A stretch of 64,000 nt of DNA from Aquificota bacterium (GTDB taxonomy: Bacteria > Thermosulfidibacterota > Thermosulfidibacteria > Thermosulfidibacterales > B14-G1), in assembly GCA_015486015.1 (NCBI GenBank), contig WFSL01000036.1:30934-94933 (forward strand). Direction: 5' to 3'. The notes under the pieces are model-generated. The model was not told where the DNA came from. It worked only from the letters and a program-made list of their open reading frames with translations, and did no database searches. Position 1 is the stretch's first letter. Every line of letters begins with the position of its first letter. The translations under genes were made by a program, and so were the position numbers. Below, piece after piece: positions 29,709-38,346 of the stretch.

Positions 29709-30904
29709 TGGCAACGGGGATAAGGGATAAGGTGGCCATAGTGGGTATGGGATGTACCAAATTTGGGGAGCTATGGGACAAGGGGGCGGAGGATCTCATG
29801 GTGGAGGCCTATAAGGAGGCCATCGAGGATGCCGGGATTGAGCCCAAGGAGATTCAGGCGGCCTGGCTGGCCACCTGTTACGAGGAGATCAATATAGGAA
29901 AAAGTGCCATGCCCCTTTCTACCACCCTGAAGCTTCCTTTCATACCTGTAACCCGGGTAGAGAACCTGTGTGCTTCGGGTACCGAGGCCTTCAGGGCGGC
30001 ATGCTATGCCGTGGCCTCTGGGGCCTACGACATGGTGTTGGCCCTGGGAGTGGAGAAGCTGAAGGACACAGGTTACGGCGGATTGCCCGAGCTCTCCTTC
30101 ACCTTCGGTACCAGAAACAGGATGATCTTTCCCAATGTTACAGCCCCAGGGGCCTTTGCCATGATGGCCACCAGGTATTTTGCCAGGTACGGGATAGATC
30201 CTGAGGAGGGCAAAAGGACCCTGGCTAGGATCTCTGTGAAGAGCCACCACAATGGGGCCCTCAATCCCAAGGCCCACCTGAGGCGGGAGATCACTATAGA
30301 GGATGTCCTCAAGGCCCCTATAGTGGCCTGGCCTCTGGGCTTATACGATTGCTGCGGTGTAAGCGACGGTGCAGCGGCCGCCATCATCACCACGCCGGAG
30401 ATCGCCAAGGGATTGCGTCAGGATTTCGTGAGGGTGAAGGCCCTTCAGGTGGCAGTCACATCGGGGGAGGAGCTCATGTATCAGGCTTGGGACGGGACCC
30501 ACGTGGAGTCCACGGTGAGGGCAGCGGTGAGGGCCTATGAGGAGGCAGGGATTAAGAATCCTCGAGAGGAGATCGGGGTGATGGAAATCCATGATTGCTT
30601 CTCCATCACCGAATTGGTCACCTATGAGGATCTGGGGATTTCTCCCAGGGGAAAGGCGAGCGACGATGTAAACAACGGTTTCTTTGATCTGGATGGGCAG
30701 ATTCCCTGCCAGCCCGATGGTGGCCTGAAGTGTTTTGGCCATCCCATAGGGGCCTCGGGTCTGCGCATGATGTACGAGGTGTACAAACAGCTTCAAGGCA
30801 AGGCAGGGGAGAGGCAGGTGAAGGATCCCAAGCTGGGGCTCACCCATAACCTGGGAGGATTCCCACCCCATAGTGTGGTGAGTGTGGCCATAGTGGGTGA
30901 ATGA
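29705..30904 (+). CDS. SCP-x/archaeal-type thiolase (acetyl-CoA C-acyltransferase family)
   Basis: 399 aa with ENLCASGTEAF (nucleophilic Cys), EIHDCF and GGLKCFGHPIGASG. Its start overlaps the upstream stop (GTGATG). Confidence 0.85.
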   Translation: MMATGIRDKVAIVGMGCTKFGELWDKGAEDLMVEAYKEAIEDAGIEPKEIQAAWLATCYEEINIGKSAMPLSTTLKLPFIPVTRVENLCASGTEAFRAACYAVASGAYDMVLALGVEKLKDTGYGGLPELSFTFGTRNRMIFPNVTAPGAFAMMATRYFARYGIDPEEGKRTLARISVKSHHNGALNPKAHLRREITIEDVLKAPIVAWPLGLYDCCGVSDGAAAAIITTPEIAKGLRQDFVRVKALQVAVTSGEELMYQAWDGTHVESTVRAAVRAYEEAGIKNPREEIGVMEIHDCFSITELVTYEDLGISPRGKASDDVNNGFFDLDGQIPCQPDGGLKCFGHPIGASGLRMMYEVYKQLQGKAGERQVKDPKLGLTHNLGGFPPHSVVSVAIVGE

Positions 30905-30929
30905 CACAAAATCCTTACGGGAGGACAGT

Positions 30930-32225
30930 ATGCTGGACGCCAAGGCATTGGAAATCATGGCGAAGAGAGAAGCCCTGAAGGGCATAAGGGTGCTGGACAT
31001 CACCAGAATCATCTACGGACCCTGGGCAGCTAACCTTCTGGCCGTCATGGGGGCGGAGGTGATCCATGTGGAGATTCCCGGTTCGGGGGATCTCCTCATC
31101 AGGGCCGTGTCTCCTGGGGGAGTTTTCCCCAGAGGATTGTCTCCGGGAATGATGTGCTGCAACTCCAACAAGTACTACCTGGCTGTGGATATGCATAAAG
31201 AAGAGGGACTGAAAATCATCAAGGAGCTGGCGGCCCGGTGCGATGTCATTATGGAGAACTTCAAGCCCGGGACTTTTGACCGCTGGGGAATTGGCTACCG
31301 TCAGCTCAAAGAGATCAACCCGGACATCATCTACGTAAGCATGCAGGGTTTTGGGAATTGGGGTCCCTACTGGACCCGTCCCAGTTATGACGCCTATGCC
31401 CAGGGTATAACGGGCCTGGCAGAGATCACAGGCTTTCCCGATGGCCTGGCTGTTAAGGCCCAGACATGGATTGGGGATTTCCTCTCTGGGACCCTGGCGG
31501 CCTTCTATACCCTGGCAGCCCTGCGTCACAGGAACAGGATGGGGGAAGGTCAGTTCATCGATCTCTCCCAGGCCGAGGTCCTTCTAAGGGCCATGGACTG
31601 GACCTGGCTTTACCAGTCCATCACCGGTGAAGGAAGGGAGAGGACGGGCAACTGGGATCCCGCCGTGGTACCATCCACGATCGCCAAAACCAAAGACGGC
31701 TTCGTGGCCATTGGTGCCTTTCCCAAGAAGGAGTTTCAAGGTCTGTGCCAGGCCATGGGAAGGGCGGACCTCTACGAGGAGTTCAGGGATGTGGAGAAGA
31801 GGCAGAAAGAGTATGAAAAGGTCTATAGGCCTATCGATGAGTGGGCGGCAGGCAAGACCACCCAGGAGATCCTAGCCCTCTCCAGGGAGTACAGCTTTGC
31901 TGCAGCCCCTGTGAACAACTCGGAGACCATCCACAAGAACCCCCATTTCAATGCCAGGAAGATGGTGTGGAAATTCCTGGATCCCCTCTGGGGAGACCTG
32001 GCTTATCCCAGACCCTGGCACCTCTCGGAAACCCCGGGTCGGGTGCGCTGGTCTATGAGGCCCGTGGGGTTCGACAATGAGCATGTGATGATCAGGATTC
32101 TAGGATACACCCAAGGGGAGGTGGAGGAGCTCTACGAGAAGGGGGTTCTGGGCAAGTGGGATGAGAATTTCCCCGCCACGGCTCCTCCCAAGGACTGGGA
32201 CGGCAAGAAGGGACTTTTCTACTGA
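30930..32225 (+). CDS. Family III CoA-transferase (CaiB/BaiF/Frc family), paralogue 1
   Basis: Contains GIRVLDITRIIYGPWAANLLAVMGAEVIHVE, and WIGDFLSGTLAAFYTLAAL with an Asp at the expected catalytic position. GGGAGG precedes ATG 30930. Confidence 0.85.
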   Translation: MLDAKALEIMAKREALKGIRVLDITRIIYGPWAANLLAVMGAEVIHVEIPGSGDLLIRAVSPGGVFPRGLSPGMMCCNSNKYYLAVDMHKEEGLKIIKELAARCDVIMENFKPGTFDRWGIGYRQLKEINPDIIYVSMQGFGNWGPYWTRPSYDAYAQGITGLAEITGFPDGLAVKAQTWIGDFLSGTLAAFYTLAALRHRNRMGEGQFIDLSQAEVLLRAMDWTWLYQSITGEGRERTGNWDPAVVPSTIAKTKDGFVAIGAFPKKEFQGLCQAMGRADLYEEFRDVEKRQKEYEKVYRPIDEWAAGKTTQEILALSREYSFAAAPVNNSETIHKNPHFNARKMVWKFLDPLWGDLAYPRPWHLSETPGRVRWSMRPVGFDNEHVMIRILGYTQGEVEELYEKGVLGKWDENFPATAPPKDWDGKKGLFY

Positions 32226-32243
32226 TGTAGAGAGGTGGAGACC

Positions 32244-33560
32244 ATGGAAGTCTATGAATGGACCGATTGGGCCCGATTGAATACGGAACCCGGCAGGGCC
32301 AAGGACAAGCCTCAGGCCCTGGACGGTGTGACAGTGTTGGATCTCAGTTATGGTAGCTTCGCCGGCCTCTTTGCCTCTTCTCTCATGGCGGAGATGGGGG
32401 CCAGGGTCATCAGGGTGGAGCCCCCCGAGGGGGACATTGCCCGGAATATGACTCCCCAGGCCATGAAGGTGAAAGATACAGGCCTGGCCTACATAGTGGA
32501 GGGGCGCAACAAGCATCACATCACTCTGGATATCAACATCCCTAAAGGAAGGGAGATCTTCTTAAAGATGCTGCCCAAGGTGCAGGTCCTTATAGAGACC
32601 TTCCCTCCCAGATACATGGAAAATTTGGGCCTGGGCTGGGAGGTCCTCAGAGAGAGGAATCCCTCTCTCATCTACTGTGCCATCAACAGCTGGGGCCAGG
32701 AGGGGCCTGCCGTGGACGAGGGCATGGGTCAGGGGACCCTGGACTACGACGTAGTGGCCCAGGCTCTGGGGGGCTTTGCCTGGACGGTAGGGCTCCCCGA
32801 AGACTACACCGAGTTCCCCGAGTATACCCGGGTGCCCACCCGCATGGGCAACTGGATGGGCTGGTACATGGGAGGAGCCATGGCCGCCTTCTCCATCATG
32901 TCGGCCCTTATTTTTGCCGAGGCCACAGGGGAAGGCCAGTTCATTGACATCAGCCCAGCCGAGGCCCTCGCCACCGTAAATAACTATGCCTTCCATGTGT
33001 ATTACCTGACGGGCCTGGTCATAGGCAGGGTGGCCAATTTTGAACCGGCGGCCTATGCCTACCACTATGTCCAGGCAAAGGATGGCATGGTCTTTCTGGC
33101 GGGCTACGCCGATCCCAACTGGAAGGCCCTTTGTTCCATTATCAACCGGTCTGATCTGGTGGAGAAGTATCCCACAGTGAAGGACAGGACCAACCCCAAG
33201 AACTTTATTCCCATGACCCAAGAGATAGAGAAGTTCACCAAGAGGTACACCAGAGAGGAGATCCTCAAGATATGGCTGGACTATAGGGGGCCGGGGGTGA
33301 CGGTGGCCGGGGAGGTTTTGAAACCCTTGGAGTCCATGAAGCTGGAGCACTGGCATGAGAGAAAGGCTCTCATGAAGATCAAGGATAAGGATTATGGAGA
33401 GCTTCTGGTCCAAGGCATCACCTCCAAGATGAGCGGTACTCCTCCCGTGCTCAAGTGGGTATGCCGACCCGTGGGTGCCGACAACAGCCTCATTTACAGG
33501 GAACTCCTGGGTTACGACGAAGAGGAGCTGAACAGGCTAAAAGCCCAGGGGGTGGTTTGA
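32244..33560 (+). CDS. Family III CoA-transferase, paralogue 2 (catalytic Asp apparently absent)
   Basis: Contains GVTVLDLSYGSFAGLFASSLMAEMGARVIRVE. The equivalent active-site stretch reads RMGNWMGWYMGGAMAAFSIMSAL and has no Asp. Confidence 0.8.
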   Translation: MEVYEWTDWARLNTEPGRAKDKPQALDGVTVLDLSYGSFAGLFASSLMAEMGARVIRVEPPEGDIARNMTPQAMKVKDTGLAYIVEGRNKHHITLDINIPKGREIFLKMLPKVQVLIETFPPRYMENLGLGWEVLRERNPSLIYCAINSWGQEGPAVDEGMGQGTLDYDVVAQALGGFAWTVGLPEDYTEFPEYTRVPTRMGNWMGWYMGGAMAAFSIMSALIFAEATGEGQFIDISPAEALATVNNYAFHVYYLTGLVIGRVANFEPAAYAYHYVQAKDGMVFLAGYADPNWKALCSIINRSDLVEKYPTVKDRTNPKNFIPMTQEIEKFTKRYTREEILKIWLDYRGPGVTVAGEVLKPLESMKLEHWHERKALMKIKDKDYGELLVQGITSKMSGTPPVLKWVCRPVGADNSLIYRELLGYDEEELNRLKAQGVV

Positions 33561-33635
33561 ATATAGAGGGGTGGGGGATATTCTGGTTTTTCCCCTAAGG
33601 AAGGGAAGAGAGGTTCGACTATGATTTTCCCTTGA

Positions 33636-33941
33636 ATGTCAATGCTCTTCTCTCCAGGGCCAGGGACCTCTTATCCAGATGAGCAATGCCGGCATCGGGT
33701 GAAGCAGGGACTCCTGGTTTCCCTGTGGGATGAGCGTCCCTTGGCCTGTGTGGTTCTTAAGGAAGGGGAAGATCCCCAAGGCAAAAAAGAAGAGATTCTG
33801 GAGTTGCTCTCTCAAAGATTTCCCAAGTGGTGGCTTCCTAATGAGATCCTTTTCATAAATGAGATCCCCAAGACCAGTGTGGGTAAATTTGACAAAAAGA
33901 CTCTGAGAAAGAGGTATATCGATTATTATCTAAAAGGTTAA
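33636..33941 (+). pseudogene. C-terminal remnant of an AMP-forming acyl-CoA synthetase
   Basis: Only about 85 aa resemble the AMP-binding C-terminal domain (WDERPLACVVLKEG...IPKTSVGKFDKKTLR). No N-terminal adenylation domain is present in any frame upstream. Confidence 0.6.
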
Positions 33942-33955
33942 CGGAATAAATACAA

Positions 33956-33986
33956 GGGTCAGGAACTTCCCCCCTGACCCCTTTTG
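33956..33986 (+). terminator. Rho-independent terminator
   Basis: An 8-bp GC-rich stem GGGTCAGG (33956-63) / CCTGACCC (33973-80) with a 9-nt loop, followed by CTTTTG. Confidence 0.55.
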
Positions 33987-34380
33987 CAGCCTTAAAGGGA
34001 TAAACACCAACTGTCACAAACCATGATTTGGCCACAATCCATCCGCCGCTTTACCTCAGTTGTAAAGATACCCCGCGCAAAAGGTACCCGTGGAATTTGA
34101 GCTCAACCCTTGCCCCACCCATATGCCTGCTCCGGTCCACCAATTTGACCACCGTGCTCCCAGTTTATAAGCTCAAGTACTATCTCTCTCCCAGAAGACC
34201 TCCCTTACTGTATCCCCAATATCCATCCTCTACTCCAAAGTGCCATGTGCTTATAAATCTAAAGCCCAAAAGAAAGAAGGGCAATGCCCAAGCACTTAAT
34301 CTATACTTACTTGCATCGATAGGCCAGCCCTGGTAAAGGAGCATCTGCTTTGAATGGCAGGATCAACCTTGAGGTGAGTA

Positions 34381-34767
34381 ATGAAGTACGGTGAAGAGGA
34401 AATCACCAAGGCCAAACTGGAGCGATGGGAGAATCCATGTCCTGAAAGGGGTTATACCATTGATATCACCTTCCCTGAGTTCACCTGTCTGTGCCCCAGA
34501 TCTGGGTATCCCGATTTTGCCACTATCAAAATTACCTATGTTCCCGATAGATGGATAGTAGAGCTTAAATCTCTAAAGCTCTATCTCAATCAGTATCGCA
34601 GCCGGTACATCTCCCATGAAGAGGCCGTCAACCGGATCTACGAAGACCTTCATGCCCTTCTGAACCCCCAACATCTAAAGGTAGTGGGGGATTTCAACCC
34701 ACGGGGCAACGTGCACACCGTTGTGACAGTAGAGAGTAAAGGAGTACATCGAGGAGGCAGAGAATGA
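34381..34767 (+). CDS. queF: NADPH-dependent 7-cyano-7-deazaguanine (preQ0) reductase
   Basis: 128 aa with [15 protein letters not shown] and SLKLYL..YR...ISHE, the signatures of unimodular QueF. Confidence 0.9.
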   Translation: MKYGEEEITKAKLERWENPCPERGYTIDITFPEFTCLCPRSGYPDFATIKITYVPDRWIVELKSLKLYLNQYRSRYISHEEAVNRIYEDLHALLNPQHLKVVGDFNPRGNVHTVVTVESKGVHRGGRE

Positions 34768-35720
34768 CCAAGGCTATCGGCAGAAAGATGTGGACCATCT
34801 CTCTCATGGTTTTTCTATTGGTATTTTCCAACAGTTGCACTTTCGTAGAGCTCAATCTGTTCCCAAAAGAGGCGCCTCTAAGAGAAACAGTGCTCATGGG
34901 AGAAGGGAGAGAGAAGGTGGTCTTGTTGGACATTTCGGGCTTCCTCTCTACCAGCTCTGCCACATCCCTTTTAGGCCTGGGCAGCAGGGCCTCTGTAGTG
35001 GAGCGTGTCAGGAGGGTGCTCGATAGAGCCTCAAAGGACTCTCATGTAAGGGCCCTGTTGCTTCGCATAAACAGCCCTGGAGGCACGGTCACTGCCAGTG
35101 ACATCATCTTTCATGAGGTATCTCAGAGCGCCGAGAGGCATCATTGGCCCGTGGTGGCCTGCCTCATGGGTGTAGCTGCTTCTGGGGGATACTATGTGGC
35201 CCTCTCTGCTGACAGTATCGTAGCTCATCCCACTTCCCTTACCGGTGCTGTAGGTGTGATTGCTCTCAAACTGGACATCCAGGGACTCCTGCGCAAGGTA
35301 GGTGTAAAAGTTGAAGTCTACAAGTCAGGGAAGGAGAAGGACACCTGGTTCCCGTTCAGGCCCTCTACGCCAGATGAGAAAAAACATATCCAGGAGATGA
35401 TCCGGTCATTTAGCCAAAGGTTCTTTGAGCTGGTGCAGGAGAGGCGTAAGCTTTCTAATGTTAATATGGAGCGAATTGAGAGTGGGGAGGTCTTTGCCGC
35501 TGAGCTGGCCAAGAAACTGGGGCTCGTAGATAGATTAGGTTATTTGGAGGATGCCTTCAACCTGGCAAAGAAACTCGCTGGTGTCGAGAAGGCCAAACTC
35601 GTGGCCTATCTGCCTCCTGGTAAAGCAGAGGCAACTATCTATTCTGGCCCTCCCCGGGCCCCTAAGGGTTGGATAGACCTCCTCAACTCGGGGGAGGCCG
35701 CCTATTTGTGGATCCCCTGA
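34764..35720 (+). CDS. sppA: Signal peptide peptidase SppA, 36K type (S49)
   Basis: An N-terminal TM segment, then [18 protein letters not shown] and a KSG.EKD region. Its start overlaps the queF stop. Confidence 0.85.
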   Translation: MTKAIGRKMWTISLMVFLLVFSNSCTFVELNLFPKEAPLRETVLMGEGREKVVLLDISGFLSTSSATSLLGLGSRASVVERVRRVLDRASKDSHVRALLLRINSPGGTVTASDIIFHEVSQSAERHHWPVVACLMGVAASGGYYVALSADSIVAHPTSLTGAVGVIALKLDIQGLLRKVGVKVEVYKSGKEKDTWFPFRPSTPDEKKHIQEMIRSFSQRFFELVQERRKLSNVNMERIESGEVFAAELAKKLGLVDRLGYLEDAFNLAKKLAGVEKAKLVAYLPPGKAEATIYSGPPRAPKGWIDLLNSGEAAYLWIP

Positions 35721-35727
35721 TCAAGCA

Positions 35728-36225
35728 TCAGCGCCAAATCGTCACCTCTTCCAGAGGCCTCCTATCGGATGAGCCTTCTGAGGCTGGATAACCCGCAGAG
35801 ACCAATGCCACAAACTCCCAGGAGGCAGGAACCTTGAGAATGGCCTCAACCTTCTCCTTGTTCTTCAATATCTCCCCAAGCCAAACGGACCCCAAACCCT
35901 GACAGTGAAATGCCAAGAGCATATTTTCTATGCAAGCTCCTATGGCTTGCAAATCCTTCTCCCTGTGATAAGAAACATCCCTATCCATGAAGACGGCTAC
36001 AGCTATAGGTGCCTCCCTTATGATGCGTCCTGAAATAGTGAGCTTGGCAAGCTCTTCTCTGATGTCCATCTCACAGATCACCACAAAGCGCCAAGGCTGG
36101 TTGTTTTTGCCCGAGGGCGCCCAATGCGCAGCCTCCAAAGCTCTGATCACCTTATCCATCTCCACGGGACGATCCAAATAATGGCGAACGCTCCTCCTGC
36201 CCAAAAGCGCTTTCATACAATCCAC
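35728..36225 (-). CDS. Nitroreductase family protein
   Basis: 165 aa with RRSVRHY and APSGKNNQPWRF, typical of the FMN nitroreductase fold. Confidence 0.8.
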   Translation of the reverse strand: MDCMKALLGRRSVRHYLDRPVEMDKVIRALEAAHWAPSGKNNQPWRFVVICEMDIREELAKLTISGRIIREAPIAVAVFMDRDVSYHREKDLQAIGACIENMLLAFHCQGLGSVWLGEILKNKEKVEAILKVPASWEFVALVSAGYPASEGSSDRRPLEEVTIWR

Positions 36226-36273
36226 GGATCACCTCCTTGCCTTGCCTTATCTGAGAACTTATGCTCAAAGATC

Positions 36274-36729
36274 ATGAAAAAGGTCCTATTGACAACACGG
36301 TGGGGGCACTTTCTAACCCTCTGGGGAAACAGTGGGCTGAAAAGACTCTTGTTTCCGCCCCAGCAGAGAGGCAGAGGCCCAAGTGAAGAGACGGAAAGGC
36401 TCATGGAGAGGCTCCTTAACCTCTATCTCTCTGGTAGGAAAGTAGATTTCACACCCATCCCACTGGATCTCTCCGGAGCTACCCCCTTCTCGCTAAGGGT
36501 CTGGAGAGAGACCCAGCTCATCCCATTTGGCACCACCCTTACCTATGGCCAGTTAGCAGCCAGGCTTGGGCTACCGAAAGGGAGTAGGGCAGTGGGCCAG
36601 GCCCTAAGGAAAAACCCTGTCCCCATCATTATCCCCTGCCATCGGGTAGTAGGGCAAAGGGGACTTGTTGGCTTCAGTGGAGGTTTGCATTGGAAGAGAA
36701 GGCTCATAAGTTTGGAGTGCGGCGAATAA
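36274..36729 (+). CDS. ogt: Methylated-DNA--protein-cysteine methyltransferase
   Basis: Contains the PCHRVV active site and a TYGQLA..LG helix-turn-helix region. The start is taken at ATG 36274, which avoids overlap with the divergent nitroreductase gene. Confidence 0.85.
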   Translation: MKKVLLTTRWGHFLTLWGNSGLKRLLFPPQQRGRGPSEETERLMERLLNLYLSGRKVDFTPIPLDLSGATPFSLRVWRETQLIPFGTTLTYGQLAARLGLPKGSRAVGQALRKNPVPIIIPCHRVVGQRGLVGFSGGLHWKRRLISLECGE

Positions 36730-37463
36730 AGATGGTCCTGGCCTACGATGGTACCGGTTTTTCGGGTTGGCAGTATCAGCCCCAAGTAAGGACGCTACAG
36801 GCCACCCTCGAGGAGGCCATGGAGAAGGTAGTACATCATCCCCTCCGCGTGGTGGCAGCAGGAAGAACAGACACAGGGGTCCATGCCCTGGGCCAGGTAG
36901 TCCACTTCAAAACCGAAAGCCACCTCTCTCCAGAGGTACTCAAAAGGGCCTTCAACGCCCTTTTGCCCACGAGCATTCGGGTCAGGAGGGTAACAGAGGC
37001 CCCACGGAGCTTCCACGCCCGATTTTCTGCCATCAGCCGGACGTACCGGTACTTTATCTCCCGGCACTCACTCCCCTTCCTACATCGCTATTGTTGGGTA
37101 ATAGAGAGGAGGATGGACATAGAGAGATTAACAGAAACGCTGGCCCTTTTTAAGGGCATCCACGACTTCGCTGCGTTCGGTTCTCCCGCAAAGGAAGGGG
37201 GGACAACGATAAGGGAAGTATTCAGGGCAGAAGCCAAGGCTTTCAAGGGCCTCGTAATAATCACCATAGAGGCGAACTCTTTCTTAAGGAGGATGGTAAG
37301 GCACATGGTAGGCGCAGCAGTAAAAGTGGCCTCTGGCGGGTCGAGCTTAGAAGAGGTGAAGAGGGCGGTCGAGTATCCCCATGGATTCCGCTTCCCTTCC
37401 CCTCCAGCTCCACCTCAAGGCCTTTTCCTATGGAGGGTAAAATACAGGCCAATGCTTGATTAA
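36717..37463 (+). CDS. truA: tRNA pseudouridine(38-40) synthase
   Basis: Contains AYDGTGFSGWQ.Q, AAGRTDTGVHA (catalytic Asp) and FLRRMVR. The start is either GTG 36717 or ATG 36732. Confidence 0.9.
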   Translation: MRRIKMVLAYDGTGFSGWQYQPQVRTLQATLEEAMEKVVHHPLRVVAAGRTDTGVHALGQVVHFKTESHLSPEVLKRAFNALLPTSIRVRRVTEAPRSFHARFSAISRTYRYFISRHSLPFLHRYCWVIERRMDIERLTETLALFKGIHDFAAFGSPAKEGGTTIREVFRAEAKAFKGLVIITIEANSFLRRMVRHMVGAAVKVASGGSSLEEVKRAVEYPHGFRFPSPPAPPQGLFLWRVKYRPMLD

Positions 37464-37517
37464 TTACAGGGGCATAGGCTATCTTCCCACAAAGAGGGTT
37501 GGGGAAAAGAGGTATCT

Positions 37518-38339
37518 GTGGATATTATCATTTTCAGAATCGCTGCTGTTTTATATTTAGCCTCAGCGGTATTTTATGTATACTATCTTTACCATACAAG
37601 GCCATCCACAGCCAAAAAGGGATACCTCCTGCTCTTGTCGGGATTTGTAGTACACACCACAGCGCTCACGGTGAGGGGAGTAACAGCCCATCACTTTCCC
37701 GCCACCAACCTCTTCGAATCCCTATCCCTCTTCTGCTGGATGGTAGCTGGGGGATACCTCCTACTGGAATGGCGTTACAGGATCCCTATCTTGGGCTCTT
37801 TCGTTGCGCCCCTCAACTGCTTAGGGGTGATAGCCGCTACCTTTAATCCCCAGGCCATTACCCCCCTGCCTCCTGCCTTGAAAAGCGCCTGGCTTTACGT
37901 CCATGCTGCTGCCTCCTTCTTGGGGGAGGGGGCCTTTGCATTGGCATTCGTGGTGAGTTTTGTATATCTGCTGCAGGAGCGCCACATCCGAAGAAAGAGA
38001 TTAGGGGGACTGTTCCAGAAGCTCCCCTCACTCAGCCAACTAGACGACTTAAACTATAAACTTCTCACCTTAGGATTCCCCTTTCTCACCTTGGGCATCA
38101 TTACCGGAGCCATATGGGCCCAGTATGCATGGGGATCGTACTGGAGCTGGGACCCAAAAGAGACCTGGTCCCTGATCACCTGGCTCATTTACGCTGCCAT
38201 CCTCCATGGGCGCATGACTGTGGGATGGCGGGGAAGGAGGGCTGCTATCCTCTCAGTGATAGGGTTCGGGGCCGTGCTCTTCACATTTTTGGGCGTGAAC
38301 CTCCTTCTTCCAGGGCTCCACAGCTACTCTGCCATGTGA
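37518..38339 (+). CDS. Cytochrome c assembly protein (CcsA/HemX-like, Trp-rich WWD motif)
   Basis: 8 TM segments and WGSYWSWDPKETWSLITW. It lies immediately upstream of hemA. Confidence 0.8.
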   Translation: MDIIIFRIAAVLYLASAVFYVYYLYHTRPSTAKKGYLLLLSGFVVHTTALTVRGVTAHHFPATNLFESLSLFCWMVAGGYLLLEWRYRIPILGSFVAPLNCLGVIAATFNPQAITPLPPALKSAWLYVHAAASFLGEGAFALAFVVSFVYLLQERHIRRKRLGGLFQKLPSLSQLDDLNYKLLTLGFPFLTLGIITGAIWAQYAWGSYWSWDPKETWSLITWLIYAAILHGRMTVGWRGRRAAILSVIGFGAVLFTFLGVNLLLPGLHSYSAM

Positions 38340-38346
38340 GGGGGAC

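Noticed and set aside
29067-33413. Long antisense ORFs (29067-29714 at 215 aa, 30341-31012 at 223 aa, 30915-31529 at 204 aa, 32562-33413 at 283 aa)
   Set aside because: Each lies entirely opposite a gene with strong family motifs in a region of about 65% GC, where stop codons are rare on the antisense strand. Their translations are low-complexity (Gly/Pro/His/Leu-rich) with no recognisable motifs. The same applies to 44315-44983 and 10551-11009.
34300-34380. A preQ1 riboswitch upstream of queF
   Set aside because: I looked for the small hairpin plus A-rich tail (…AAAAAACUA…) characteristic of preQ1-I and found nothing similar in the leader.
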